Positions 12,121 through 25,732 of a DNA stretch of 64,000 nt are shown piece after piece (positions within the stretch are counted from its first letter, which is position 1; each line of letters starts with the position of its first letter). The translations under genes and the position numbers were made by a program. The notes under the pieces are model-generated. The model was not told where the DNA came from. It did no database searches and was given only the letters and a program-made list of their open reading frames with translations. Source of the stretch: Fonticula alba ATCC 38817 (lineage: Eukaryota > Protista > Nucleariida); NCBI GenBank assembly GCA_000388065.2, contig KB932201.1; one strand, given 5' to 3'.

Positions 12121-13110
12121 GGCGGGGGGAGGAGGGCCTGGTGCGGCTGGTGCGGCTGGTGCGGCTGCGCCAGAGGGAGAGGAGGCGCGAGAAAGCCGGA
12201 GGGGGGAGGGGGGGGGCAAGCGAAGGGCAAGTGAGGGGAGGGAGGAGATGGCAGGGGGGGGGGGGGCGACAGGGCAGGAAGGGGAAGATAGTGCGACAGG
12301 GCTGGTGAGGGGTGCTCGCGCCTGAGCACCCCCCAGGCGCAGCCATGCCGGGTCCGAAAAAGCGCCGGGCGCGGGGGCGAGAGCCCTGCCCCCGGCCCCC
12401 GGCCTCTGGCCCCGCAGAAACAAACAATAACATGCTGCCCCCCCCCTTCCCACCCTCCCCGTTCGGGTCATTTTCCGTTAGAGACCCGAGTCGCCAGGAA
12501 ACAGCCAGCGGCACATGAGGCCGACAACCGCGCCCCGGCAAAAGGCACTCCGAGGCCAGCGCGCATCATCGGCTGGCGGCTCGCCGACCCCCGCGGCCTC
12601 TGTCGAACGTCTTTCCCTCCTTGGTGGCCCCGAATGCACGGAGCGCAGTGGCCCTGCACCCAGGGCCGGCCGCGAAGGACGGCGGCCGGGCCCCCCAACC
12701 CCACCCTGTCCGCTGGGACCCGCGCATTCATTGGCACCATACCGAGAAGCCCGTGATCGGCCCAAGTCAGCCGAGTGATCGGCGCTTGCGCGTGCGCCCA
12801 ACGCGGTGGCCACCCCCCGGCGGCCCGGAGGGTCCGGCTTTTAAAGGGACCCCGCGATGGCCGGGGGCTTCGCCGCCTCTCCCCCAGGCGGGTGCAGATC
12901 CTCCCTCCCCCCACAATACCCCTCTCGTTGCTTTCCGCGTCCCGCCGTCGCCGCTGCCGCCGCCGCCGCTGCCCCACCTTCGCGCACGCGCGCCGCGCCA
13001 GGATGACATCCCACCCCCCGCATCCTCCCTACTGGGAGCCCCTTTGCCAGTTTGTCCGAGCCCGCGGAGGAGCCGCCTGTGCGTGAGACCGCGATCCCGG
13101 ATCGGCACAC

Positions 13111-15675
13111 ATGTCGGCCCGCGAGCCACCGGCGCCCCCCGCCGGCCGACTACCCGGTCGCCCNNNNNNNNNNNNNNNNNNNNNNNNNNNNNNNNNNNNN
13201 NNNNNNNNNNNNNNNNNNNNNNNNNNNNNNNNNNNNNNNNNNNNNNNNNNNNNNNNNNNNNNNNNNNNNNNNNNNNNNNNNNNNNNNNNNNNNNNNNNNN
13301 NNNNNNNNNNNCTGACGCCCCCGCTCTCACTCTCACCCCCGCCCTCGCCCTCCCCCCTCGGCCCCCCTCCCCATCCACTGCCACTTTGATGCGCCGCTTC
13401 GCCGCACGTGGCAGCCCTCCAGCCGTACAGCGATCCGGAGACAGGGGTCCGCGGGTTGGCCTTCGCCGATGACGCCCCATCGCCGCGGGAGATCGTCCGC
13501 TTGACCCCCCGGCTGCTTGTCACCCCGCAGCTGGCCCGGAGTATGATGGCCAGCTGGCTTGCCGGGGCTCCGGAGCTCGGCCCACCCGGTGCCGTGGCTC
13601 TTCTCCCCGCGCTGACCGGCACCCAGGCCTTGGTGCTGTGGGTGCTGCTGCTACACTGGCTCCCGGGCTCGGGCGAGCCCGGCACCGCGGGGCCTCCACG
13701 CGGGGCCGAGTGGCAGCACTACCTGGCCTCGCTGCCGAGCAGCGAGTCGTTTCTCTCCCACCCGGCACACCCCCAGGTGTTCCCGCAGGCCCGGCGGCGC
13801 TTGCCGCTCGGGGCCCGGCGTTTGGTGGCCGGTGTTCACCAGCGCCTGCAGCAGGATCTCGCGCGGCTCTCGGCTGTGTGGACTGTGCGTGCCATTTGCC
13901 CCCCCCCCCCCCTCCCCCCGCTCCCCCTCGCTTCCTCGCAACTCTCGACCCCTTTTCCCTCTGGCTGCTGTCGCCGGCCCGGGGAAGACACATGGCGGCG
14001 ATCTAACCAAAGTGCGTTCGCCTGTGCTCGCAGCGGCCCGAGCTGCCGGACGACCTCTTTGCGTGGGCCTGGTTTTGCGTCAACACCCGATGTGTGTTCT
14101 ACTCACGGCAAAGCGCAGGTGCGCATGCGGACGCCCGCACAGGCCCGCCCTCCTGGTCCTGCCACATGGGCCCCTGTGTCATGGCCCCGTCCTCTTCCGC
14201 CTCCCTGCCCTCTGTCCCTTGTGCTGCCGGATTTCCTTCTCCCTCTCTGCTCCTCTCCCCCTCCTTCTCACACGCGCACGCACGCACGCACGCACGCACG
14301 AGGGCAGCCCTTCACCGCCACGGCCCGCCCTCGGAGGAGTGCCAGGCGCTGGCCCCGGTGCTGGACTGGCTCAACCATCATCCGCTGGCGCACTTGACCA
14401 CCACCACGCACATTGAGCCACGCGGCGGGGCGCTGACCATTCGGACGACGACCACCACCACCACCACCACCGGCGGGACACCGGAGCCCGGGCTCCCGGA
14501 TCCCGGGGCCCTCCACCGGCCGGAGGTGTTCATCTCGTACGGACCGCACTCGGATGGCTTCCTCCTGGCTGAGTATGGGTTTGTGCCGCCGTCATCGGTG
14601 GCCGCTTGGGCCGGCGATGCCTTGGTCCCCACCACCGGGACTGGCAGGCCCCGTCACAACGCCGATCCCCTGCGGCGGTCCTTCAATCCCCATGACAATA
14701 TCGACCTCCGGGTGGACTTGGCTGCCGGGCGCGATGCCGTGATCGAGGCCCTCCAACGGGCCGCAGCCGCCTGCCCTGCTGGGTCCCCGGGGGAGCGGCA
14801 CTTCACCACACTCGGTGCCTTCCTGTCATCAGCCCTTTCGGATGTCGGTGCGTCCGGGCATCATGCCCTGCCTTCTCCTTCTCTGCCGGGCCTCCTGCCC
14901 TCGAGAGTCACCTGTGCGGGCCGTCTCCTGTGTTCGCTAACTTCCTCCACCCCCTCCGCCCCCTTCCACACACACACACACACACACACATACACACACA
15001 CGGATCTCCCATTCCATCTTTCCTCGGCCTTCCTTCTTCGATGCGTCCGCTCGGCCAGATCACTCTCCCTGCCCGTTGGACTTTGGCCAGTACCTCTTCG
15101 AAAGCCCGGACTCAAGCCTGGAAGCCCTGTGGCAGCAGGATTACCTGCCGGCGAGGCTTTGCTCGGCCCTGGGAACGCTCGGATTGCTGGCTGTCCCGGG
15201 CTCCGCCGGGCCCGTCCTGCAGCCGTGGCTCGAGCCACCGAGTGACAAGCCCGGAGGCGGTACCTCGGCCCCGGTAACACAGCATCTCGAGCGTGCCGGG
15301 CGCCTCTACTCGCTGGACCTGTCGCCGGCGGCGGCGGCGGCGGCGGCGGGCTTCAACACCGGCCAGGGGGCTGCCGCCCCCTCGTCGAAGCGCCCGCGTC
15401 TGGATGCCGCTGCCGCCTCGGCAAGCGTCGATCCTGCCCGGCACCTGGATGCCGCCCGGCTATGGCTTCGGTGGATCTGCCACCGGCACCTGGCCCCGGC
15501 CGATGATGCCTCCACCGAGGGACACCCTGAGCAACCGGCCGGGGGGACGGCGCGGCACGGGGCCCTCCACCCGTACGTTGGCGCCTGCGCCACGCACCTC
15601 CAGAACCAGTCAGATCTCCTGTTCCAATCGTTGGCAGTATCTATCTCTCAGGCATTGTCACGTGCCTCGTCTTAG
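13111..15675 (+). CDS. SETD4: SET-domain protein-lysine methyltransferase, SETD4/RKM2/LSMT-like
   Basis: Exons about 13415 (or 13423)-13884, 14034-14118, 14308-14847, 15059-15675. The first exon probably starts at ATG 13111 and runs into the N gap 13164-13311, so the 5' end is uncertain. Motifs: GVRGL, WQHYLASLP, FAWAWFCVNTRCVF, ALAPVLDWLNH, EVFISYGPHSDGFLLAEYGFV, NPHDNI. Confidence 0.75.
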
Positions 15676-15836
15676 TTAAGCCCAGGCGATTGGTTGCAAT
15701 CAACCCACAATTGAGCGTGCGCGCGCGCGCGCCATCCCCGGCCGTGGGCATGTGTGAGAACAAGGCAGAGAGGACGAGAGGGGGGGCGGGGCGGGGCGGG
15801 GCGGGGCGGGGGGGCACAAAGAATGTCCGGGTGGCA

Positions 15837-15882
<46 letters not shown>

Positions 15883-17571
15883 AAGAATGTCCGGGTGGCA
15901 GGAGGCGCAAATGCGCCTGGAATAGGGCGAAAAGGGGGGTGGGGGGGCAGGTGGGCGGCGAGCTTGGCTTATGGTCCATGTTGGGGGGCCAGCTTTGAGG
16001 GGGCGGGGGGCGGGGGCGCTGAGTGCGCTCCCCCCTCGTCGGACCCTATGTCGCCTTGTCGGGCTGTGGGCAGAATTAGATCGAGGGCCCCTCCTTCGAG
16101 GGTGGAATACGGGCGCCCGCCGGGCGAGGGAGAGGGGTAACGGCGCGCCTCCCTTCCGGCCCCTCATGGCGGCAGGCTCGCCCTATCGGGTGCGGTCAAT
16201 GATAGATGGCCGCGGGCATCACCCTTGCCATGGGTGCCGGGGGTGTCGAGGTACGTGCGTGGCCATGCGCGCGAGGGTGCCGCACTTTCCACGGGTCCAT
16301 TTGGCCGCCGGCCTATCGGGCCCGCATTACACCCTCGGCATGCGCTCGCGCAGGTCGATAAGTGCGCGGGTAGCGCGACGGCCGCGCACGTGCGGCGCTT
16401 CTGATTCCGGGGCGCAAGCGCCCGGCCGCATGGCCGGCATCGGGGCCGGCCCAACAAGCCCGGCCCTTGCATCACATCAGCCCCCGGAGTACGATGGCCC
16501 GGCTCCCGGGTGAGGTCACCTTGGCCCGGGGCCCGAGTCACCGGCCGCCCAATCGGGGGTTTTGTCCACGGCCGGCAGGCTGCGGGTCCCCGGCGTCCCA
16601 CTGCCTGGCAGGCGGGGGCACCGAGGGGAGACCGGGCCCATGGTGGCCGGGGCTCCGGGAAGGCCGGCAGGGCGACGGTGCAGCCGCGGCGAGGGGCAGG
16701 CCGGAGCGCACCGGCCGGCCGCTGCTGGGCGGCCCCCTGCCGCCGCCGGCAAGGCGCAAGGGGGGAGCACGCACACCCCACTCCAGGCGACCGCAGGAGC
16801 GTTGGGCCAATGTGCATGTCCGGCGGGAGGGGGGGGGGGAGGGGGCGGGGCGGGAGGGCGGGGGGGGCGCACAAAGCGACACGGACATTCCTTTCTCATG
16901 CCTGGGCGGGGGAGGGGGGCTTCTACTGCGCAGCCGCGGGGGAGGGGCGGGAGGGGGTGAATTTTCCGCTCTTTCCAGTGCCGCTGGCTGCCGGCGGGCG
17001 GGTGACCCCCTTCCTGTTGGCGAGTTGATGGGGGGCAGCGGGGGGGAGCGGGGGAAGGACACCGACCCGGCGGGCGCGGCCCGCCCCAGGGAGCGATCCA
17101 TGCGGGCCGGCCCTGCAAGCGAGCAGCCATAGCCATGGCCGGGGGACATGCCGGCGGGCCGGCTTGGGCATCCGGTCGGGGGACAAGCCCGGCCGGCGTC
17201 CCGAGGAGCTCCCGGGGCCCGGGCCGGTGGGATCGTCGGGGGGCGCGCATGCGCGCCGGTGCGTGTGTGCGTGTTTGTGTGTGCCTGTGTATTTGCTCCT
17301 GGCCCGGCGTCTGTCCACAGCCGGGCACCAGCCGCATCACCGCCTCCTTTCGGGCGAGTGCCGCGTCCAGCCACCCACCCCTGGTGTCCGCCGCCGGGCC
17401 GCCGATCCTGCCCTGTCGCTGGGGCCTGGCCGCCTGGCGCGTGCCGCGGTGCTGCGCCCCCCGGCCACACGGTCCACCCTGCACGGCATCCCAAGCTCGT
17501 CAGAGCCACACCACGGATGTCATCTGGCCCGTGCGCGCGCGCCCACTCGCGCCGGCGCCCCAGGCGGCAGG

Positions 17572-17578
17572 TATAAAA
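17572..17578 (+). promoter_or_regulatory. Candidate TATA box of the Cys-rich surface-protein gene
   Basis: TATAAAA in a very GC-rich context about 150 nt upstream of ATG 17727, which has a CCACC-ATG context. Confidence 0.55.
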
Positions 17579-17726
17579 GACTCACCCCCCCCGGCCGACA
17601 CCCAGGACGCCACCCACATAGCACCAAATCCCCCTCCCCACACTCCAAGCGCCGGCAACCATCTTGTCTGCTCGGTACTACCACCGCCCTTCGCGCCTCC
17701 CGCCCCACCCCGGAACCCGATCCACC

Positions 17727-18782
17727 ATGCGTGCCTTCGTCGTCGCTGCTCTTCTGGCTGTCCTCGCCATCGGCGCTTCCCGCGGTACGCACCCCCCCCC
17801 CCCCCCCGCCCGCCCGCCCGCCCGATGCCTCCCTCGCCCCTTTCGCCCAGCGCCTGTTGTTTCTCGCCCGCGCCCCCGGCCAGCGGCTGCACACCCGCCG
17901 ATGCCCTTGCGCTGACATGGTGAGCAAAATAACACCCGCCCCCTCCCGACCCCTGCCGGCACAGCCGCCGTCGAGGGGGTCGACATCACCGGCGCCAAGT
18001 TCAGCGTCAACCCGCTGACCGACTGCGGCACCGCCGACATGGAGAACATCGAGCGCCATGTGTCCGAGTGTAACTCCTCCACGCTGGCGGTCCAGTGCCA
18101 GGAGTCCTGCTTCGAGTGGCGCTACCGCCACGACGTCTGCACCCGCCTGCGTGTCAGCAACACCTCGATCAGCCTGAACCAGGCCTGCACCAACTTCTTC
18201 AACGCCGAGAAGACCCGCTGCAGCAGCCTCGTCGACTCCTATGTCTGGACCACCGACCTCAACTGCGAGTATGGCTGCCCGCTGAACTACAACTACGTCG
18301 CCGGCAACAACGCCTCCAACAACAGCAACAGCTTCAACTGCTCGGCCACCGCCAGCCAGGTCAGCCCCTCGTGGGCCCCCTGCCAGACCTACCTGGCCAA
18401 CTCCAACTGGAACGAGTACTGCACCACCACCTGCATTGAGGCGCACTACCGCCATGCCCTGTGCCGCGTGTACTCCCTCTTCGAGACCAACCAGGCCTTC
18501 TGCGTCAACGAGATCCAGGCCCACATCACCCAGTGTGCCAACTTCGCGGCCGTCAGCAGCCTCAACGCCAACAACTACTCCTGCACCCGCCAGTACAACC
18601 CCAACGTCAGCCTGGTCGGCTGCGGCAGCGGCACCCCCACCCCGACCCCGACCCCGACCCCGACCGTCGGCCCGACCCCGTGGCCCATCAACAGCGCCGC
18701 TGCCCTGAGCACGTCGACCACCGCCACCGCGGTGGTGGCCGGTGCCGCCGCCGCCGTCGCCGCCCTGGCCGCCACTCTCTAA
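17727..18782 (+). CDS. Secreted, probably GPI-anchored Cys-rich surface glycoprotein with two internal repeats, 291 aa, family unknown
   Basis: Exons 17727-17784 and 17965-18782 (GTACGC..CAG, phase 1). Signal peptide MRAFVVAALLAVLAIGASRA, 18 cysteines, many N-x-S/T sequons, a (PT)n stalk and a hydrophobic tail AVVAGAAAAVAALAATL-stop. Strongly C-ending codons. Confidence 0.85.
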
Positions 18783-18819
18783 GGGCCGCCGTAGCCGTCG
18801 CTGCTCCGTCCCGGCCTTT

Positions 18820-18851
<32 letters not shown>

Positions 18852-19153
18852 CGCCACAACTCCAACCACAATGACCATCGCTACCACCACCACCACCACC
18901 ACCACTACCACGGCTCTGCCTCCGCCTCCTCCTCCTCTTGCCGAAGCGTGGCGCGTTTGAGTGTGGCGCGTCAGCCCGCCGGGCTCCCCCGGGGCCGGGG
19001 CGACCGCAAAGAAAAACACCACATTCGCCGTACGGCCGGAAGCCGGATGATGCGCGCATGCCTCCATCCGCGCACCACCACCGAGGGCGGAGAGGAGAAA
19101 AGAGCCAGCTCAAGCGAGCTAGGGAGACGGCAAGAGAGAGAGAGAGAAAGAGA

Positions 19154-19197
<44 letters not shown>

Positions 19198-20452
19198 CAG
19201 AGCGAGAACACGGGAAAGCAGGGAGAGCGAGCTGTCGAGTGACAGTGTGTCGAGAGAATCCGAGAAACCTGACCCCGAGCCCGCCACCCGCAGGGGGATC
19301 TAGCCCCTTTTGTGCAGCACAGCCGGACAGCGCGTTTCGACATGTTCGGTAGTCTGCCTCCACACCGGCCCGCACATCCGGCGGGCGTGCCTTCGCGCCC
19401 CCCCCCCTCTCCACGCACAGCGAGCCTGGCCACACCGGGGCCACGGTGCGCGGCAGGGGGGGGGGCCTTGGCGAGGCGCGGCCCGCCAGTGAATGCGGTC
19501 GCCGAGGCGGGAGGCCCTTTGGTCGCCGCATGGTCTTTTTCCGGGTCTGCCCCTGCTCGGGGAGGACGCGGCTGAGGCCAGGCCAGGGTGGGGGGGCGGC
19601 CAGTTCGGCGCGCTGTGGACACGGCTCGGCGCAATTGAGTGCGCGCTCGCGCTCGCGAGCGACCGTGCGTGCCCTTGTTTGTCTGTGCATGTCTGTCCGC
19701 GCCCGAGTCAATCCGCCCCCTCGTGTATTTTTCGCGCGTATTTGCATGTTTGTTTGTGTGTATGTGACCGTGAACGGACACACAAATGTGGTTTCCTGCC
19801 GGGGCCATCGCCCGGGCGTGCGTTTGTACATGCCAGAGCGGGCCCATCGCCGCGGCAGAGTCAGACAGGGAGAGAGGGAGAGAGACATTCCGAAAGGAAG
19901 AACCCGGCAGCCGCGCGCACGGAGGAGAGGAGCATGCCCATTGCATGGTCAGCACACATCATCCTCCACGCGTGTTGGATGGGGCCCCTGAAAAGGGGCG
20001 CGCCATCGGTGCCGCGAGCGGCCGCTGTGCCCTTAGGTTCTCCTTGCTTTGGAAAGTCACTCCTTCTCTCCATGCCCCCACGCGCACACCCACACAAATG
20101 CACATACACATACCACGCTCCGGCGATACCTCGGCGGGGAGACACACCGAACTTTGCACATCCCCCTCCCCCGATCCGTGCCTCCGTCTCCCCCCATATA
20201 CCAACCATTTTTAATACACAGACACAGAGTTATATCTCGGGACCGCTTTCCACGTCCATTGTAGGGTGCCAGAGTCCGGGTTCCGGAGCGGCGGTGGGGC
20301 ACGGCCGCAGACACCCTTCGGAAGCACCTGCTTTCCTTGCCACGGTGAGGGGGGGGGGGGGGGCGGGGCAGCGCCCGGGGTGCGATGGGGCGCGCCAGCC
20401 ATCGCGCTCGAGGCCGGACGAATTGGGGTGCGACACGATCTTGCCGGGATCG

Positions 20453-20485
<33 letters not shown>

Positions 20486-23400
20486 CCCCCCCGCCGGACC
20501 GGCCGAGGCGGGCGGCGGCGGGAGCGAGCGGGGGGGGGGGAGGGGGGGGGGGGGGGGGGAGGAGGGGCGGGGGGGGGGGGGGCAGGGCGCGAGCGGGGGG
20601 GGGGGGGGCGGGGCCGGGGGGGGGGGGGGGGGGCGGCGGGGGGGGGGGGGGGGGGCTGCGCCACCGCAGCGGAGGGCGGGGGAGTTGGGTGTGGGGAGAC
20701 GGGGCGGGGAACTCTGCCCCCCCCCCCCCCCCCCCGAATGGCGGAGCGCGCATGGAGGAAGTGTTGAGAGAGCATCGAGCCCAGACAGTGGGCGAGGGAG
20801 AGGCCCAGGGGCATCCATGGCTGAGTGCACGCCCGTACGAGTGTGGACACGCAGCCATGGTCGTGAAAGTGCCTCGCACCAGGAGGGCCGGGCGGCTCGC
20901 GTGACCAAGAAGGGGCCTTCTCCGGGTCGGCCCCGGCACGCCGTGTCGCATCGGGAAGATGCCGCATCGCGATCAGGAATCGTGCAGGCGGCTCGCTCAA
21001 GGCAGGGGCAAAGAGGGAGGGCAGGGGGGCGGGGGGGGGGGGGGGGGAGACATGTGGCCAGGGGCTAAAGCCAACCACGGGAGCGGGGATGCAAAAGGCC
21101 GAGACATGCACTTCCGTCGCAGGCGAAGGGGAAAGCACCCGTAGGGGACAGCGGGAAAGGGGGTGGGCAGAATAAATAAATAAAAAAGGGGAGAAAACCG
21201 CCCATCCGCACAGTGCTCCTGGGCTGGCTCGCTTTCGTGCGGCTCGAGGGGGGCCGGGCAAAAGACGGGCCGCGGGGCCCGGGCGGGGGATTGTGGACCA
21301 TCACCGGCGGGGGGACACTGTGGGTTATGAATGCCCTGACCCTGATGAACCCTCGGCCGCGGCGTGATCGTGTAATGGCATTCCGAGAAGCACGAACAGC
21401 GAAGCATTGGAGGCTAAGCTGCCTGTTTTGTGGTCCATTCCGCGCCCACAATTGTCGGCCTGGTCGGTCCCCGGGGGCCCGGGGCGGGGAACTCTGTCTT
21501 CTCATTCCCCCCCAGCCCCGAGCGGTGCCCGGCTGCCGTGCCGGGGGGTCCGCGAGCCCTTTGCCGGGACGCCCCGCCGTCCTTTCCCCCGTGCCAATCG
21601 GTGTTCCTTTGAATTTGACCATCATCCAGAAACAGCTCGAGGGGTGTGCTTCGCGTGCTTCCAACGCGGACCTCGGAGATGTCAATCCGGTGAGTGTCTG
21701 CGCATCAAACCGAGCCGTCCCCCTCCACATGCACATCCGCACATACACAATCCACACATGCACATTGCCACCACCAACACCGCTATCGGCTCCGGACGGC
21801 GGGCGCTGTGCTTGAAAGGTGTCCTCTTTGGCAGTTGAGCCAATCTCGGGTGCGGGCTTGCGCCCGCCGGGTGCCCGAGTGGCCCCCTGAAACGCAAGCG
21901 GTGGCGCCGCATCCGGATGATAAAGCCTGCACATGGGGGCGCCCTGGCCCAGGGTGAATTTACACGCGGCCTGGACCCCTCGGGCCCCAGAGCCCCGGGA
22001 AGCACCGAGCTCAAGACAGTGGGCCGGTTGTCCTCAGCTGGCTGGTATGCTACACAGCCCGGAGGGCCGACGGAGGCGTGCACGAAGATTGAGGGGGCAC
22101 GCGTGCCCGCGCGCGCGCGCGCACGGGCGCGCATGCACATGCAGCGACTGCGACGGGCGCCCCCCCCCCCCCGCGGGTCGCACTGTCGGCCAAGCCCCGT
22201 TTCGCCGGAAGGCCCATTTGGCCGGCAATATGCAATGGCTTCCAATCATTTGTTTATGGCCAGCATCTGGGGCCGACCGGCCAGGGGCCCCCCTAGGACC
22301 CCTCGGGATGCGCCTGCCGGTGCTGGCGGCTGTCGACCAGCTTTTGGGCGCGTGTTCGCCGCAGGGGTGGATCGCCAGGTGTGTGCCGGAACCGGCCCCG
22401 GGACTTACGCGAGCCCCGTCGCTCCGGGGCTGTGTAGCGTGGCCCCTGGGGTCGACTGGGGCACGCCTCCGGGCCCCCGGGAGGCAGGTGTGTCCGGGGC
22501 CCATGTCCCTTGGCTAAATTAAAGCGCCCGTGCTCATCGGCACGGGGGCGCGTGCTGGCCGGGGGCGGGGTGGCGGGGAGGCCCCCGGGAGCGCCGTATT
22601 CCGGGCGCCGGCCACTGGGCTTTTCCGTCAACGCGTACACGCCCCCCCCCCCCTCCACCCGGGTCGGTCTGTATGGTGCACCGGGACATGCCCCAGGACG
22701 CTGGCCCCCGTGGCGGCCGCCAGCTGGGCGCCGCTCGCTCGCTTGGGGCCGGCCTGGAGCGTGGGGAGGCTGGGCCTTCCGGCCAGGTCGGCTGGCCCCC
22801 CCCCCCGCCGGCGCCGCCGACGCCGCACGGTAGCGGCGCCGCCAGTCGGCGCCAGGCACATGCTCTTAACCATGCCCTGAGGGGAGGCGTGGGGGGGGGG
22901 GACGAGTCTGGCTGTGTGCGGCATTCCCTCGAGCGCGGCCTCGAGCGTGACCGGTCGTTTGTTGGTGCGCGCCTGACACGAGCGGGGGCCGTGGGCGCGG
23001 TGGCCAGGCTGACCCCGGGGCCTGTGCGCGCGAGCACGCATCCGCACACACACGCACACATGTGCATATACATACACACATCTCCACACGCCCGATCAGG
23101 CGCGGTCGCGCAACGCTTGTCCCTGATTCCGGCGCGGATGAGAGGGGGGCGGGGGCGCGCCAAATGCCGTCTGCTTCGGCCCCACGGCGAGGAGGTGAAA
23201 CCCATCCGTCCGTGGCTGAGGCTCATCATGGCGGAGTCAGCTCGCCGAGCTGGTAGCCGGACATTTCCCAGGGACCTTTCCGGCGCCCCTTGGCGCTGAC
23301 AAGGGCCTACGCCGACCTCGGCGCTGGACAACACAGACCCTCCTGCTAAGCGGGCGGGACAGGAAAGGCGCCGGGGAGGGGGAGGGCACAGAAGGGAGCG

Positions 23401-23644
23401 CCCCGCGCGTTGTGGGCCAGGCCGGGCGTCTTCCTGTCCAGGCCTCCACCCCTCGGCCCCGCGCCCGGGCCCCGGGGCCCCAGCATCAATGTGGCACCCG
23501 GCAAATGAGTTGCCCCCCTCCCTGCGGTCGCCGCCCCCCTGGCCGCGGACGCGGCTAGGAGCAGGGTAACTGCGCCTTCTATTGGCCCCCAGGGTCCAGC
23601 CGGCAGGCAATGGGAGGGGGGCGGGGGGGGGGGGGGGGGGGGGG

Positions 23645-24234
23645 NNNNNNNNNNNNNNNNNNNNNNNNNNNNNNNNNNNNNNNNNNNNNNNNNNNNNNNN
23701 NNNNNNNNNNNNNNNNNNNNNNNNNNNNNNNNNNNNNNNNNNNNNNNNNNNNNNNNNNNNNNNNNNNNNNNNNNNNNNNNNNNNNNNNNNNNNNNNNNNN
23801 NNNNNNNNNNNNNNNNNNNNNNNNNNNNNNNNNNNNNNNNNNNNNNNNNNNNNNNNNNNNNNNNNNNNNNNNNNNNNNNNNNNNNNNNNNNNNNNNNNNN
23901 NNNNNNNNNNNNNNNNNNNNNNNNNNNNNNNNNNNNNNNNNNNNNNNNNNNNNNNNNNNNNNNNNNNNNNNNNNNNNNNNNNNNNNNNNNNNNNNNNNNN
24001 NNNNNNNNNNNNNNNNNNNNNNNNNNNNNNNNNNNNNNNNNNNNNNNNNNNNNNNNNNNNNNNNNNNNNNNNNNNNNNNNNNNNNNNNNNNNNNNNNNNN
24101 NNNNNNNNNNNNNNNNNNNNNNNNNNNNNNNNNNNNNNNNNNNNNNNNNNNNNNNNNNNNNNNNNNNNNNNNNNNNNNNNNNNNNNNNNNNNNNNNNNNN
24201 NNNNNNNNNNNNNNNNNNNNNNNNNNNNNNNNNN
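23645..24234. other. Assembly gap (N run) flanked by poly-G; other gaps at 13164-13311, 35547-35570, 46081-46547, 50088-50244, 53438-53447, 57310-57484, 58652-58702, 61054-61063, 62193-62227
   Basis: N runs in the sequence, most adjoining G/C homopolymers. Confidence 0.99.
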
Positions 24235-25442
24235 GCCCTTGTGCTGGAAACGCCCGGCGCCAGCCGGCCGCAACGGCAACGACACCACCCTCCTGGCCAC
24301 ATGCCCACGGCACGCCGGCCCGGGAGGTAGGTGGCGCAAGACACGCGGCATGCTGGCCCGGGACAGGCACCGGCATGCTGGCAGGCGCCCCGGGCGGAGA
24401 ATGCCACCGGCCGGCTGCCCAAAGGGGATCGGCCGCGCGGCGCCGCCCCGTGCGGTGGCCCGTCTGTCCCGCTCGCCGCAGGCCGGGCCAGTGCCCCCCC
24501 CCCCCTCCCCGAAGGTCCAGTGTCGGCTACGGCCGCACACAATGCCTGGCCGAGCGTAGGGAAGCGCGCGGAGGCGGTGGCGGCGGCCTGCCCGGGCAGA
24601 GCCACGGCCATGGCACTCGGCAGACTGTGGATGCCGGGCCCGGCGCCCCGGCAGCGCCGAGTACTTCGCGCCGGCGCTGGTGCTGCAGAAATGGACAGTC
24701 ACCTACGGCACACCCATACACACACACACACATACATATATACACACACACACCGCGTGCTGCTCAGGCCCCTGGGCCCGCGGCGGCGTGCCCCGCCTCC
24801 GGAGGACACTACCCCTCTGCCTGGAGAGGGTGGAGTCCTGCCTAAGGACCCCAGCCCTGGCCATGCCCCTTGCGCCGGGCCGCGATACTCCTGCGCCCCC
24901 GGCCCCCTGGCGCGGAGGGGCCTGGATGGGTGCCGCCGGGCACGGGTCCGAGGCCGCGAGGCTGCAGCCGGCCCCAGCCAGGTGGCAGTTCGGCCAGCCG
25001 CACAGCCAGTGTCCTTGGCTGTTGGGCCTGCTGGCGCGAGGGTCTCCTGCCGAGGCTCCACCCGGGAGACGGGGGCGCGAGAGAGGTGCGGCCGGGGGAA
25101 TGCTCCAGCGCACCCGCTGTAGCGCCCCTCGACAGGGGTCAGGCCGAGGAGGAGGGGCGCGGGGGGGAGGGGGGGTGGGGGGGGGGGGCAGTGGCGCTGG
25201 CGGCATCGGCGGTCGCGGTGGTGGCAGGCGCGAGGCCAATCCACCCTCCTTTGCCTCGGGCGTCGGATGCAGGTTGAAGTCCGACCGCCTTGGATTCCGG
25301 AAATGCTGAGCCCCGGCCACTGCCGTTGCACTAGCACACACCTCTCCCCGCCTCCTGCCCTCTGCCTGCCACATTATACACACATACATACACGCGACGA
25401 CGCCCCTGCGCACAGCCTGCCCCTCCCCTCTGCTGCCACCCA

Positions 25443-25483
<41 letters not shown>

Positions 25484-25732
25484 TACATACAAACAAACAA
25501 ACAAACAAACAAACACACGGGCATCCCCCCTCGTAGAGACTCTCGGTACGTTTTACACACCGGCATCTGCTTGATGCTTGCGCCTTCACCTTATCCCAGG
25601 GTCGGCCCTGCTTGTGAGTCCCCTCGAAGACTATCCGCCCACACGCCCTCACACCCGCGCGCCTGCACGCCGCCCACCCCCCCATCCGGCCCTCGCTGAC
25701 CACCCTTTGCTTGGACCACCAGCCCAAACAGC

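Noticed and set aside
13988-14011. Apparent in-frame 24-nt micro-exon (AG..GTGCGT) in SETD4-like intron
   Set aside because: It would leave a 22-nt downstream intron, far shorter than any other here, and it contains the CTAAC that is probably the branch point.
15811-15900. Direct repeat of gggcacaaagaatgtccgggtggcagg around a long poly-G run
   Set aside because: This is typical of an assembly duplication at a homopolymer. There are only two copies and no spacer diversity, so it is not CRISPR-like.
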